This document shows, piece after piece, positions 35,599 through 45,063 of a stretch of DNA of 64,000 bases. Every line of letters starts with the position of its first letter. Within the stretch, counting starts at the first letter, position 1. Source of the stretch: Actinomycetota bacterium (GTDB lineage Bacteria > Actinomycetota > Thermoleophilia > RBG-16-64-13); NCBI GenBank assembly GCA_012514635.1, contig JAAYZX010000072.1, forward strand, positions 4,095 to 68,094. Reading direction: 5' to 3'. The translations under genes were made by a program, and so were the position numbers. The notes beneath the pieces were generated by a model. It did not search any database and was not told where the DNA came from. It saw only the letters and a program-made list of their open reading frames with translations.

Positions 35599-37035
35599 TT
35601 ACCCACGCGCCGGAGCGTCTTCCGGTATTGCTCGGCGACCAACGGCTCGTCTCGGGATCTTTTTGCGCCTCTTATAAGTACGGGCCAGTTCGAGAAAGAT
35701 GCCCACGTCCCGGTCCAGGTCGCTCTGAGTGCCGTCGAAGTAGAACATGCGCATGGGGAAACGGTCGTGGTCGCGGCTGACTTTGGGATATACGGCTTCA
35801 GTGATGATGGCATTCATGCAGCTGAATGGGCTGATATCAGCGATGCCGTCGGCTCCAATTTCGTAGAAGAAGATACTGCCACCGGTGGATAGCACCATCT
35901 CCCCGCCGCATCCCGCTGCCGGCAGGTATGGATGGGAGAGCTTAAGGAGGTGCGGGACATGCGGCTCTTCATAGCCGCGGAAATCCTCGGCAAAGGACCG
36001 ATAGAGTGCTTTCTCGTCGCGCTCCATGACCTGCTTGGTGAGAAAGGCTCTGAGCCACGTTTTGCTGGCCCGTCTGCGTTCTTCGCGCAAACGTCGGAAC
36101 TGCTCCTCGTTCGTATACCAGATCCACTCGGCCACACCGGCCAGCCAGCATTCGGCACCCGCCGCTTCCAGGCGGCGGATGACTTCCTGGTTGGCGAAAC
36201 TATTGAGCCGGGTAAAGATCTCTCCTACGACACCGATGAGGGGACGGTCCTCGTCCCGCACATGGACGGCGCGGAAATTGTCCCTGATGCGAGGCAGCAC
36301 CTGTACCAGCCGAGTCAGGCGTTCGTCGTGAGGTAGGCCGGGGATCTCAAGTATGGTCTCGCACGCGGCAATGCCGTCCAGGTATGCGCTGTCGGCATCT
36401 CCTGCATTGATCTCATACGGGCGGGTCATCAGGAGCAACTTCATGAGGATGTCGCTGAGGATGAGGGCACGCCAGGCCGTGCGTATGAGCTCCGGCGCAT
36501 GTCGACCAATTCCCTTATATCCATCAACCGATGAGAGCGAGACTATGGGTATATCCGGGTAACCGTGCTCGTCGAGCACATGGCGTTGCAGTCCGGCATA
36601 CTGCCCGAAGCGGCAGGGACCGTTGGCGGTGGGCAGGAGGAAGGCAACCTTGTTGTGGTCCACCTTGTCTACTTCCAGCAGCTTCATGAAGTCGCCGGTT
36701 ACGATTTTCTGCGGATAACATTCTTCTCCAGAGGTGTATCTGCCTCCAATCTCTAGGGTGAGGGCGTCGGCGTGGGGCACCACCCGGCCGTCTATCCCGA
36801 TTGAACGAAAAGCTGCCGCAAACAGCACGGAGCCTCCATAGGGCATGTGCGGGATGTACATGGTTCTACCGGTGAGGTCCAAGTCGTCGTTGACAAATGC
36901 CGATTCGTCAGCCCCCTGCGATGCGGTAGGTTGGGGAATGCGGCTGGGTATTTCGTCCACGGCGATGATGGCGTCTCGGGCCGCGTCACTGTCTCTGTGG
37001 CCATTGCCGTCGTTACGGTTGCCATCCGGGTTCAT
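35599..37035 (-). CDS. 2-hydroxyacyl-CoA dehydratase D-component-like (HgdB/HadC family) protein; ATG overlaps the stop of the upstream activase gene (ATGA)
   Basis: PYGGSVLFAAAFRSIGIDGRVVP...EECYPQKIVTGDF...PCRFGQYAG is typical HgdB-like. Minus-strand ...CCGATGAACCC shows the ATGA overlap. The track ORF start at 37092 is an upstream-extended artefact. Confidence 0.75.
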   Translation of the reverse strand: MNPDGNRNDGNGHRDSDAARDAIIAVDEIPSRIPQPTASQGADESAFVNDDLDLTGRTMYIPHMPYGGSVLFAAAFRSIGIDGRVVPHADALTLEIGGRYTSGEECYPQKIVTGDFMKLLEVDKVDHNKVAFLLPTANGPCRFGQYAGLQRHVLDEHGYPDIPIVSLSSVDGYKGIGRHAPELIRTAWRALILSDILMKLLLMTRPYEINAGDADSAYLDGIAACETILEIPGLPHDERLTRLVQVLPRIRDNFRAVHVRDEDRPLIGVVGEIFTRLNSFANQEVIRRLEAAGAECWLAGVAEWIWYTNEEQFRRLREERRRASKTWLRAFLTKQVMERDEKALYRSFAEDFRGYEEPHVPHLLKLSHPYLPAAGCGGEMVLSTGGSIFFYEIGADGIADISPFSCMNAIITEAVYPKVSRDHDRFPMRMFYFDGTQSDLDRDVGIFLELARTYKRRKKIPRRAVGRRAIPEDAPARG

Positions 37036-40000
37036 CGGACACTCCCTTCGACAGTCACCGGTTGCGGCTGTGTTGCGCCTTCCCGGGTCCACCAGCGCAG
37101 GAACCCCTTGCTGTCCAGGTAGGCTTCCACGCGCGTCATGGCCCCGGCGTCGTTACTATGTTCGTCGAACTGGAGTACGAGGAAGGGATCACGAGCAGCT
37201 TTGCGCATGAACTGCTTGATGTAGGAGTCCGGTCCGCATTTGAAGTTGTTGATGTAGATGAGATGCAGATTGGGGTGGCGACCCGCCACGCGTGCGGCCT
37301 GCAGGATCTTGCGTCCATAGTTCCAGAACATGTTGGGAGTGATATCCCTGGTCTCCTCGGTCCACAGCGGCAGAAATTCCAAGGGGATTACGTTGGCCCC
37401 ATACAATTTGCGGAGTTTGGCAGGGATATCCATATTAAGCCCGGGGTCGTAAAGATTGTAGGGACGGCCGATGAGCACGATTCCCAACTCGTTGTGCTCC
37501 TGTAGGCGGGCTAGGGCGTCTGCTCCGGCCTGCGACAACGCGGCGCGGAACTCGGCCTGTGCAGCATAGGCATGATCCACCGCACGTTCTACCTCACGAC
37601 GGCGGAGGCCCAGAGGCTTGAAGTAATCCACCAGTGTGCGTCGTACATATTCGGGACCGCGCCGGAAGTGCACAGTTGGATACAGGAAGCGATGTGCATA
37701 GGGTTCAAATGTGGGAGCCGCCATCACTACATATGGTAGTGTCTGGCCCCAGGCACAGGCGTGAGATTCCACCTCAGGTGTGTCTGTCTCCTCGTTCAGC
37801 ATGTTGGGGAGGAAGACGTAGTCTACGCCCTGGTCCAGCAGCCAAGCTACATGGCCGTGAGTCGCTCTGATGGGGAAGCAGGGCTCGGCTACGGCCGACT
37901 CGATGCCGGCTTCCTTGATACGTCTATCCGTCTCGCCGCTTACTAAAATGTTGAAGCCCAGATCCTTGAAGAAGGTGGCCCAGAAGGGGAGCCGGTCATA
38001 GGTGTACATGCTGCGTGGAATACCCACCGTATCGCGGCCGACACCGGCGTCGCTGCGGACGGGGCCGGAGATGTCTATGGAATCATCGGTAGAAACGTAG
38101 GTGAACAGCAGCCGTGCACGCAGGGCGAGGAGGTCGGGAATTACCGGCTTCTTCTCCACTTTGGCGCGTTTGCGGTAGCGGTCGGAGCACTTGTCGCCCC
38201 AGTAGGTCTTCTCGCCGCCGATGGTGAACTGCCGAATATCGCATTCGTTGGTGCAACCCTTGCAGGTGAACTCCTTGACGGTATATTCCACTTGATCCAG
38301 GTCCCAGCCGCGGAAGCGGGTGGACTCTCCGGTAATTTCCATCTTTTCGCGGGCCAGGAGTGCCATACCTACCGCCCCCAGCACTCCGTTGTGCGGAGGC
38401 ACGATAATCTCTTTGCCCAACACCTCGCTGAAGGCGGCAGCTACGGAGTCGTTATAGGCGGTGCCGCCCTGGAAGTAGATGGTATCGCCCACCCTGCGTC
38501 CCGCCACCAAGCGGTTCAAGTAGTTATGTACGATGGAGTAGGCCAGACCCGCCACAAGGTCACGTTTCTCCGCTCCTCGTTGTAGATAGGAGTTGACGTC
38601 GCGCTCCATGAACACGGTGCAGCGCTCGCCCAGGCGAATGGGGGCGGAGGAGGAGAGCGCCAACTCCGCAAACTCACCAATGATGTTGATGCCCATCTTC
38701 TCCGCCTGCTCTTCTAGGAAAGAGCCGGTGCCGGCGGCGCATGCTTGGTTCATGGCGAAATCTACAACGATGCCGTCTTCCAGGCTAATAAACTTGGAGT
38801 CCTGTCCGCCGATCTCGAAAATGGTGTCGGGTCGGCGGCCATTGAGCAGTGTATCGCCGATAAAAGTAGAGCCGGTTTTGTGGGCCGTGATTTCGTCGGT
38901 GATGGTGTCGGCGCCTATCAACTCGCCGATGAGTTCGCGGCCCGACCCGGTGGTTCCTACTCCCCGGATGTTGAGTCGAGGCCCCATCTCCTCCCAGATT
39001 TCTTTGAGACCCCGGTTGACCACTTCTACCGGGCGGCCGTCTGTATTGGTGTAGATCTCCTTAATGAGGTGCCCCTGATTGTCGAGCACCACTAGGTTTG
39101 TAGAAACGGAACCCACATCCACACCGAGATAGGCATCGATTACATCTGCCGGTTGTGACTGCGACGCCGCTGGACCTGCGTTCGGCGCGGAGGCGTCCGA
39201 ATTATCATGGGGCCACGTATAGGGACGGACCACATCTCTTAGCAGAATTACTCGCTCCATGGACAGGGCGGGACTGGTGGGAAATCCGGAGATACGTAGA
39301 TCGCGTAGGAACTCCAAATTCAGCGCCGCCGGGGCGTGATTTGGAGCCTGATCCGCGCTACCGGAGTGTGGCGCGACGGCTTCATCGGTCTCCAGCATGG
39401 CGGCGCCGATAGCGCCCATCCATGCGTAGTAGGCCGGGACGATCATTTGCTCTTCATCCAGCTCAAAAGCTGCACGCATGGCTTCTCTGGCGCCTTCGTT
39501 GGCGGCGACACCTCCGATGAAAGCCACGGTGCCATCGATCTTCTTGCTACGAGCGATCGCGCCACGAAAGTTGCGCACTACAGCGTCGCAGAGACCTTTC
39601 AATACCTCCGGCGGCTGGTAGCCCTTCTGCTGGGCGTGGATCATGTCCGATTTTGCGAAGACAGAGCAACGTCCGGCCACCGTGGCGGCCTTACCGGCGG
39701 AGAGTACGATATCTCCCACATCCTCTATATCGTAGAGGAGACGATTGGCCTGTTGGTCCATGAATGAACCGGTGCCGGCTGCGCAGTCGCCGTTGGTTTG
39801 ATAGTCGGCAACCCCTGCGTGACCGGCTTCGTCCGACGTGTCCAATTCTATGTACTTGGAAGTCTCGCCGCCCATCTCGAAAACGTAGCGGACCTCCGGG
39901 TGAAGCGCTGCCACGGCTCGTGCAATGGCTTTGAACTCGTTCTCAAATGTAACGTTGAGGCGCTCGGCCAATATGCGAGAGCCGGTTCCCGTCATGCGGA

Positions 40001-40283
40001 CACCGGTGATAGTGCCGGCAGGTACGGCTGCCAACAAACCGGTGAGCATGTCGAAAGCCGCTTGAGCCGGACTACCCTTTATGCGGCGATACCGGGTGAC
40101 CAGTAACGGGGGTGAGTCTGGAGCGGGAAGGACTCCATTGGCCGTAGATAGATCTAGAAACAAGCTCTGGTCTGAGCCGTTATGCTCCTGAGCCAGGGCT
40201 TCTAGGAGTGCTGCCTCATCCTGACGACCGACCAACGCCATTTTGACGCTGATGCAGCCGATGTCGATCCCCAGAGTCGCCAT
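37032..40283 (-). CDS. Giant CoA-substrate-specific enzyme activase fusion: two BadF/BadG/BcrA/BcrD-type ATPase domains plus a DUF2229/HgdB-like domain
   Basis: N-terminus LGIDIGCISVKMALVG and a second copy YLGVDVGSVSTNLVVLD, both acetate/sugar-kinase-fold activase motifs. The C-terminal third matches DUF2229 (VGIPRSMYTYDRLPFWATFFKDLGF...). Confidence 0.85.
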   Translation of the reverse strand: MATLGIDIGCISVKMALVGRQDEAALLEALAQEHNGSDQSLFLDLSTANGVLPAPDSPPLLVTRYRRIKGSPAQAAFDMLTGLLAAVPAGTITGVRMTGTGSRILAERLNVTFENEFKAIARAVAALHPEVRYVFEMGGETSKYIELDTSDEAGHAGVADYQTNGDCAAGTGSFMDQQANRLLYDIEDVGDIVLSAGKAATVAGRCSVFAKSDMIHAQQKGYQPPEVLKGLCDAVVRNFRGAIARSKKIDGTVAFIGGVAANEGAREAMRAAFELDEEQMIVPAYYAWMGAIGAAMLETDEAVAPHSGSADQAPNHAPAALNLEFLRDLRISGFPTSPALSMERVILLRDVVRPYTWPHDNSDASAPNAGPAASQSQPADVIDAYLGVDVGSVSTNLVVLDNQGHLIKEIYTNTDGRPVEVVNRGLKEIWEEMGPRLNIRGVGTTGSGRELIGELIGADTITDEITAHKTGSTFIGDTLLNGRRPDTIFEIGGQDSKFISLEDGIVVDFAMNQACAAGTGSFLEEQAEKMGINIIGEFAELALSSSAPIRLGERCTVFMERDVNSYLQRGAEKRDLVAGLAYSIVHNYLNRLVAGRRVGDTIYFQGGTAYNDSVAAAFSEVLGKEIIVPPHNGVLGAVGMALLAREKMEITGESTRFRGWDLDQVEYTVKEFTCKGCTNECDIRQFTIGGEKTYWGDKCSDRYRKRAKVEKKPVIPDLLALRARLLFTYVSTDDSIDISGPVRSDAGVGRDTVGIPRSMYTYDRLPFWATFFKDLGFNILVSGETDRRIKEAGIESAVAEPCFPIRATHGHVAWLLDQGVDYVFLPNMLNEETDTPEVESHACAWGQTLPYVVMAAPTFEPYAHRFLYPTVHFRRGPEYVRRTLVDYFKPLGLRRREVERAVDHAYAAQAEFRAALSQAGADALARLQEHNELGIVLIGRPYNLYDPGLNMDIPAKLRKLYGANVIPLEFLPLWTEETRDITPNMFWNYGRKILQAARVAGRHPNLHLIYINNFKCGPDSYIKQFMRKAARDPFLVLQFDEHSNDAGAMTRVEAYLDSKGFLRWWTREGATQPQPVTVEGSVR

Positions 40284-40405
40284 ATCTCAATGCCTCCCAT
40301 CGCGCGACGGCGCCCGTGCGGGCGATCCAAGATGCTACGGAGCGGAATGGGGCGAGAGCCCACCGCCGCGAGGTGTGTTGTGCGGGCGAAACATCGACGA
40401 GTAGC

Positions 40406-42484
40406 TTACCACGTTGGTCTGGGTGGCGGGTCGTCTCCCACGGGGAGATAGTGGACTCGGTTCCTACCCTCCTTCTTTGCCCGGTAGAGCGCGGTGTCGG
40501 CGGTGCGGACCAGAGAGTACGGAGAAACGTCAGAGGTGGGTTGGGCCGTAGCTACTCCAATACTTACCGTCAGGTAGGGGGCGATCGATGATTGAGAATG
40601 ATCGATGCCCAGGGAGGCGATGTCGCCGCGGAGGTGTTCGGCTACCTCGATTGCCCCATCCGCGGTAGTGTTGGGCAGTATGGTGACAAACTCCTCACCT
40701 CCGTAACGAGCCACTAAATCTGCGGGTCGGCGCATGGATCGAGCGAGCGCGGACGCGACATCGATGAGGCAGCGATCGCCTGCTACATGTCCGTAAGTAT
40801 CGTTGTAGGCTTTGAAGAAGTCGATGTCGACCATGAGCAAAGACAGTGGTCTGTCGTCGCGGATTGCCCGTGCCCACTCTCGCTCAAGGCGTTGGTCGAA
40901 ATGTCGTCTGTTGCTGATACCGGTGAGAACATCAAGCAAAGAAAGATCGCGGAGCTTCTTGTTGGCGATTCGCAGTTCGGACTGGAGTTGGACCAGCTCC
41001 TCTTCGCGTTGACGACGCTGTTCAATCTCTGCGCGGGTGCGTTTTTCGGCCAGCTTGCGATCTGAGATATCGATATAACTGTATAGTAAACAGAGACGCT
41101 CGCCTAACTGCAGTGGAACCACCGTCAGAAGAACCGGTATCACCGAACCGTCGGCGTGGTACGCGTGCCATTCATGGTTTCGGATTCCTGCATCTTCGTT
41201 GGGTGCCGTGTGTGTCTCATCGATATGCTTCAGTATGGAGCTTCGTGTGACTCCAACGGTCTCTTCATGGCCGCGACCCAAGATAGAAAGCCCCACAGGG
41301 TTCACGTCGATCACTCGGTCGGTTTCGGTGTCCGCGAGCAGGATACCCACTCCAATGGTCTCCAAGATACGCTGCAGCTGCTCTCGTTCTTTGTCTAAGC
41401 TTTCACGAGAATTGTCAAGGGCGCTGAGCATGTCATTGATTGCTTCAGCGAGACCTGGGAGTTCGCTTTCACGATCTTTGCCCTGAAGTCTAGATCCCGG
41501 TTTCGCATTTCGTCCCAGTTCCGCGATGTCGGACACCAGCCGATTCAAACGGGCGAACACCAACCACTCTGTCACAAAGAGTCCCATACCGCCAACGATT
41601 AGGCTGATGAAGAGAAGTGCGAAGAGGAAGAACGAGGTCGTTTTGGAGGCTACCCGCATGATCTCACGGGGCTGTTCGACTTTCACCACGCCCATTGGCG
41701 AACCTGAAACATCTTCCAGAAACACGTACGATGAGATGACTGTGGGACTTGAGATCTCGGTCCATACGTCTGTTTCGGGAGTCGGATTGATGGAAGCGGG
41801 CCGGTTGTGCGTTGGCTGGTTACCCCCGGTCGCCGGCTGGTCGTCGGTGGATAGGAGGGATACAGCGATCTTCATTCCGGCGGCACCCTGTATGCGTCTG
41901 GTGAAAGTGTCGTCGAGGTAGCGGCCCATAAGGAGTGTACCGTTGATGGGGCCGGTACCCTGTGTGCCACGGAGGGGGGCCGAAGCCACCAGTATCAGGG
42001 CCTGTGCGCTCTGGGCGAGGCCGCTGCTCACCGATGGCACCGTCTGTGAGGCGCCTAGATGGGCGGAAGCTAATAGGCCTGCAAGCACCTCCGAGGGGGC
42101 ATCTGAGCCGCGATGCGTTATCAGGTTCATGCTTCTGGCCAACAGTATATTGCCTGGAGAGTCTGTGATCACCAGCAGATGGAGGTGCAGGTTACGCATA
42201 GTGTAATCGATCATATCGATATCGAGGGGTGCGTTAGTCCGTCCCGAAGCGAACGCGTACAGCTCATCCGACGCTGCGGAGTTGGCTGCATCTGCGGCTA
42301 GGGCATTGACATCTGTGCTGATGGCGCACTTAACACGCTGCACGTTCTCCTGGGCGTCCTTGCGTTCCAGTTCTAAGAACTGCGAGCGCAACATGGACTC
42401 CGATATCGTGTACAAGGCTCCGGCTAATACCAGCAGGGTCAAACTAAGAATGATAATGGTTTTGGCGCGAAGCGATAGGTGCAC
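40406..42484 (-). CDS. Membrane-anchored diguanylate cyclase: periplasmic sensor domain, HAMP, PAS, GGDEF
   Basis: GGDEF active site RYGGEEF with the upstream I-site-like RRPAD. Two TM segments bracket a ~250 aa periplasmic domain. PAS-like ILETIGVGILLADTE. Confidence 0.85.
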   Translation of the reverse strand: MHLSLRAKTIIILSLTLLVLAGALYTISESMLRSQFLELERKDAQENVQRVKCAISTDVNALAADAANSAASDELYAFASGRTNAPLDIDMIDYTMRNLHLHLLVITDSPGNILLARSMNLITHRGSDAPSEVLAGLLASAHLGASQTVPSVSSGLAQSAQALILVASAPLRGTQGTGPINGTLLMGRYLDDTFTRRIQGAAGMKIAVSLLSTDDQPATGGNQPTHNRPASINPTPETDVWTEISSPTVISSYVFLEDVSGSPMGVVKVEQPREIMRVASKTTSFFLFALLFISLIVGGMGLFVTEWLVFARLNRLVSDIAELGRNAKPGSRLQGKDRESELPGLAEAINDMLSALDNSRESLDKEREQLQRILETIGVGILLADTETDRVIDVNPVGLSILGRGHEETVGVTRSSILKHIDETHTAPNEDAGIRNHEWHAYHADGSVIPVLLTVVPLQLGERLCLLYSYIDISDRKLAEKRTRAEIEQRRQREEELVQLQSELRIANKKLRDLSLLDVLTGISNRRHFDQRLEREWARAIRDDRPLSLLMVDIDFFKAYNDTYGHVAGDRCLIDVASALARSMRRPADLVARYGGEEFVTILPNTTADGAIEVAEHLRGDIASLGIDHSQSSIAPYLTVSIGVATAQPTSDVSPYSLVRTADTALYRAKKEGRNRVHYLPVGDDPPPRPTW

Positions 42485-42621
42485 AGACTCCCTCCTGGCT
42501 GTGTCATCGGAAGAACAGAAGGGTGTCTTTAGTGTAAGAGGGTAGTTGCGTTGATGCGGAGAAGGCTACGAACGCTCTGTGTTACCGGTGAAAGGAGGTG
42601 GAGCCGCCGGTGCATGAGAAG

Positions 42622-42685
42622 GGGCCGCCGGGCCCAGAGGGCCCGGCGGCCCCCGCCACCGCGCGCTTCATGGCGCGCGGTGGCG
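42622..42685. repeat. Two consecutive GC-rich perfect palindromic hairpins downstream of satP
   Basis: gggccgccgggccc-agag-ggcccggcggccc, then ccgccaccgcgcgc-ttcat-ggcgcgcggtggcg. Confidence 0.45.
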
Positions 42686-42705
42686 TCAAGCACTTAACAA
42701 AGTTG

Positions 42706-43305
42706 CTACTTGTTCATGGGCCCCAAGGGGAGAACAACGCGGCCGTAGACCTCGTTCCAGATCTGGGCGACGGCGGCGTAGACGGCCGAAAGACCGCACA
42801 CAATGCCCTCCCACCCAGCTATCTTCCCCACTATTTCGTTTCCGGTCCAATCGCGGATGGCTAGCAGGACAAAAAGCACGGTCAAGGTGAGAAACACCGT
42901 CTGCAGTGCCCGGTTCAACTTGAGTGTGCCGATAAACATGCAGAAAGTGAAGAATCCCCAGGCAAGAAAATACCAGGCCATGGCGTTATCCGATGCACCT
43001 TCCCACCAACCCCACTTGTTGAAAAGGAGTAGGCCTACCAAGGTGAGCCAGAACAGGCCATACGACGTGAAGGCTGTGGTTCCAAAAGTGTTGTTCTTTT
43101 TCCACTCCATGACACCGGCGATAATCTGGGCCAAGCCCCCGTAGAAGATGCCCATGGCCAGAATCATGGTGCCGAGCTCGTAGATGCCGGCATTGTGGAT
43201 GTTCAAGAGGACCGTGGTCATGCCAAATCCCAGCAGTCCCAACGGCGCCGGATTAGCCGTAGTGTCCTTGGTGATGACGATTGATTCCCCCGCTTGCGCC
43301 GCCAA
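42706..43305 (-). CDS. satP: GPR1/FUN34/YaaH (SatP/AceTr) acetate/succinate channel
   Basis: Family signature [14 protein letters not shown] near the N-terminus. Six TM helices. Confidence 0.85.
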   Translation of the reverse strand: MAAQAGESIVITKDTTANPAPLGLLGFGMTTVLLNIHNAGIYELGTMILAMGIFYGGLAQIIAGVMEWKKNNTFGTTAFTSYGLFWLTLVGLLLFNKWGWWEGASDNAMAWYFLAWGFFTFCMFIGTLKLNRALQTVFLTLTVLFVLLAIRDWTGNEIVGKIAGWEGIVCGLSAVYAAVAQIWNEVYGRVVLPLGPMNK

Positions 43306-43462
43306 CTGCAGTACCTCCTCCTTGTGTTACCCACACTTCCCTGTGAGCCGGCAGTATCCCCGAGACAAGAATAAGGGCGCATGATGGACGATGCCGCCTG
43401 CTCTGAGCCGAAGCCGAACTCAGTTTAGGCAATACAGACGCTATGCGCAATAGCGCGACGCC

Positions 43463-43885
43463 GTGTGGGTGATGTATTTCTTCGGAGCCGGAGCCGGTCT
43501 CATGATCATCGGTCAAGCGGTACCTATTGGGGAGGAGGTCGCTGGGATCGATACGGCCGTGGTCGCCAGCGGACTTGGGGTCATAGCCCTCTTGAACGGC
43601 TTGGGCCGTCTGGCTTGGGGCTCGATCAGTGACAAGATCGGCCGCATGCGCACAGTGATGCTCATGTTCGTAGTAATGATCATTGCCTTCGTAGCTGTGC
43701 TGCCCTACGCCTCCAACTTTGCAGTGTGGCTCATAGGTATGTGTTTGGTAGGTTTCAGCTTCGGAGGCTTCCTGGCCGTGATGCCCAGCATCACCGCCGA
43801 CTTCTACGCCTTCACAGTCAGAGCGCCGCGGGTGACTCTGGGTACCGACCAGGCGGCGACTGCCGTCGCAGGTAGCGAATCCTGA
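43463..43885 (+). pseudogene. Truncated MFS transporter remnant (OFA/oxalate-formate-antiporter-like C-terminal half); no N-terminal half upstream
   Basis: GLGRLAWGSISDKIGR is the characteristic OFA-family loop motif that begins the second six-helix bundle. Only ~4 TM helices are present and the ORF ends in non-family sequence. Confidence 0.5.
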
Positions 43886-43897
43886 GTTACAAAACTA

Positions 43898-44317
43898 CTA
43901 CGGGTGCGTAGTCTGCACCTCGCCGTCGTCCCGGGCCCCGTTCCCTACCGGCACGTAGACCGTGCTGCCGTCGTCCAGTCGATAGAATTGCCCTATCAGC
44001 TCACCTACACCCGACGTTTCCTCACCGGGCTGGAGTTGCAGGCGCTGAAGCGTGTCGCCTTCACGGATGATGAGCTCCATGTCGTGCCGTCCCGGGTTTT
44101 TGACCACGGTCATATCCTCACCCGCCAGCAGATCGGATAGGCCGATTCCGCTCAAGGCGGCCAATAGGAATGCCACGGCCAGCACGATGGCTACGTCGAA
44201 CAGGTTGACAACCCCATCCAGTGGATCGCCGTTGCGGTCCGTGCGATCCAGCCGTCTTCGTCCCATGAAGCGACCGTTGGTGCGGAGGGTGCGTCGTGTG
44301 CGCTTGATGTCGCTCAT
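43898..44317 (-). CDS. ExbD/TolR-like single-TM protein (DUF2149-like); start overlaps the ExbB-like gene stop (ATGA)
   Basis: Basic N-terminus, then VNLFDVAIVLAVAFLLAAL (compare ExbD INLTPLIDVVFVLLIFF), then a ~80 aa extracytoplasmic domain. Confidence 0.55.
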   Translation of the reverse strand: MSDIKRTRRTLRTNGRFMGRRRLDRTDRNGDPLDGVVNLFDVAIVLAVAFLLAALSGIGLSDLLAGEDMTVVKNPGRHDMELIIREGDTLQRLQLQPGEETSGVGELIGQFYRLDDGSTVYVPVGNGARDDGEVQTTHP

Positions 44318-45057
44318 AACGTGTCCTCGTTGGAGGCGGGGGGAAGATCGCCTCCTTCAGAAGTGCCGGTTTTATGCACTTGGTCGAGGGTTCGCATGGG
44401 GACGTGCGGAACAGGGGCAACACTGCCCTCCAGCAGTTCCAGCATGTACTCCAGATCAGATATGTCTTGCGAATACATGCGCTCTCGCAGGGCGCTGATC
44501 AGGTATGCCAGTCCACCGATGAGCAGCCCAAGGACCGTCACCGAAAACGCCACTCGCAGATTGCTGGCTAGAAGCTGAGTGTTGCCTTCCGCGAGTGCCG
44601 TCAGAGCCGGCGAAAGAGGGATCAAGGTACCCATGAGACCGAGCATGGGACCCACCCGCACTAGGATGCGGGTCTTTTCGAGACGCTGTTGGGTACGAAA
44701 CTCGTATTCCTCCAATAGCTTAAGCGGTTTTTCTGGGATCTGTGCCGTCTGGTAGTTGTGTATCAACTCGAAGAGGAAGTTGATCACCACGAGCGAGTAG
44801 CGGTTCTGGGCCAAGTATGAGTAGGCTTCGTTGGGTCGGTTGTTGGCAAAGGCTCTTTTGGCCCACAGGGCACGGGACTCGAGTCGTTCCAAATTGCGAT
44901 AGCGTTTGCGCAGATACATTTCATACGCCAGCCTGCCCAGCTCTACCAGGACCCACACCAAACAGGCCAGCGCTCCGATGAGGACCGGGTACAGCAACAC
45001 CCGCGCGATCTCATAGATAATCTGCTCAAGTCCCTGTGCGAAACTAACGGCGATCAT
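44314..45057 (-). CDS. MotA/TolQ/ExbB-family proton-channel protein
   Basis: Three-TM topology and family core RVGPMLGLMGTLIPLSPAL...LASNLRVAFSVTVLGLLIGGLAY. Confidence 0.8.
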   Translation of the reverse strand: MIAVSFAQGLEQIIYEIARVLLYPVLIGALACLVWVLVELGRLAYEMYLRKRYRNLERLESRALWAKRAFANNRPNEAYSYLAQNRYSLVVINFLFELIHNYQTAQIPEKPLKLLEEYEFRTQQRLEKTRILVRVGPMLGLMGTLIPLSPALTALAEGNTQLLASNLRVAFSVTVLGLLIGGLAYLISALRERMYSQDISDLEYMLELLEGSVAPVPHVPMRTLDQVHKTGTSEGGDLPPASNEDTL

Positions 45058-45063
45058 GCCGAA

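Noticed and set aside
37032-37092. Possible frameshifted single giant activase gene (1083-aa and 497-aa ORFs overlap by 61 nt)
   Set aside because: An in-frame ATG at 37035 overlaps the upstream TGA as ATGA, the classic translational-coupling arrangement. The overlap is explained by the ORF caller picking an upstream alternative start, not by a frameshift.
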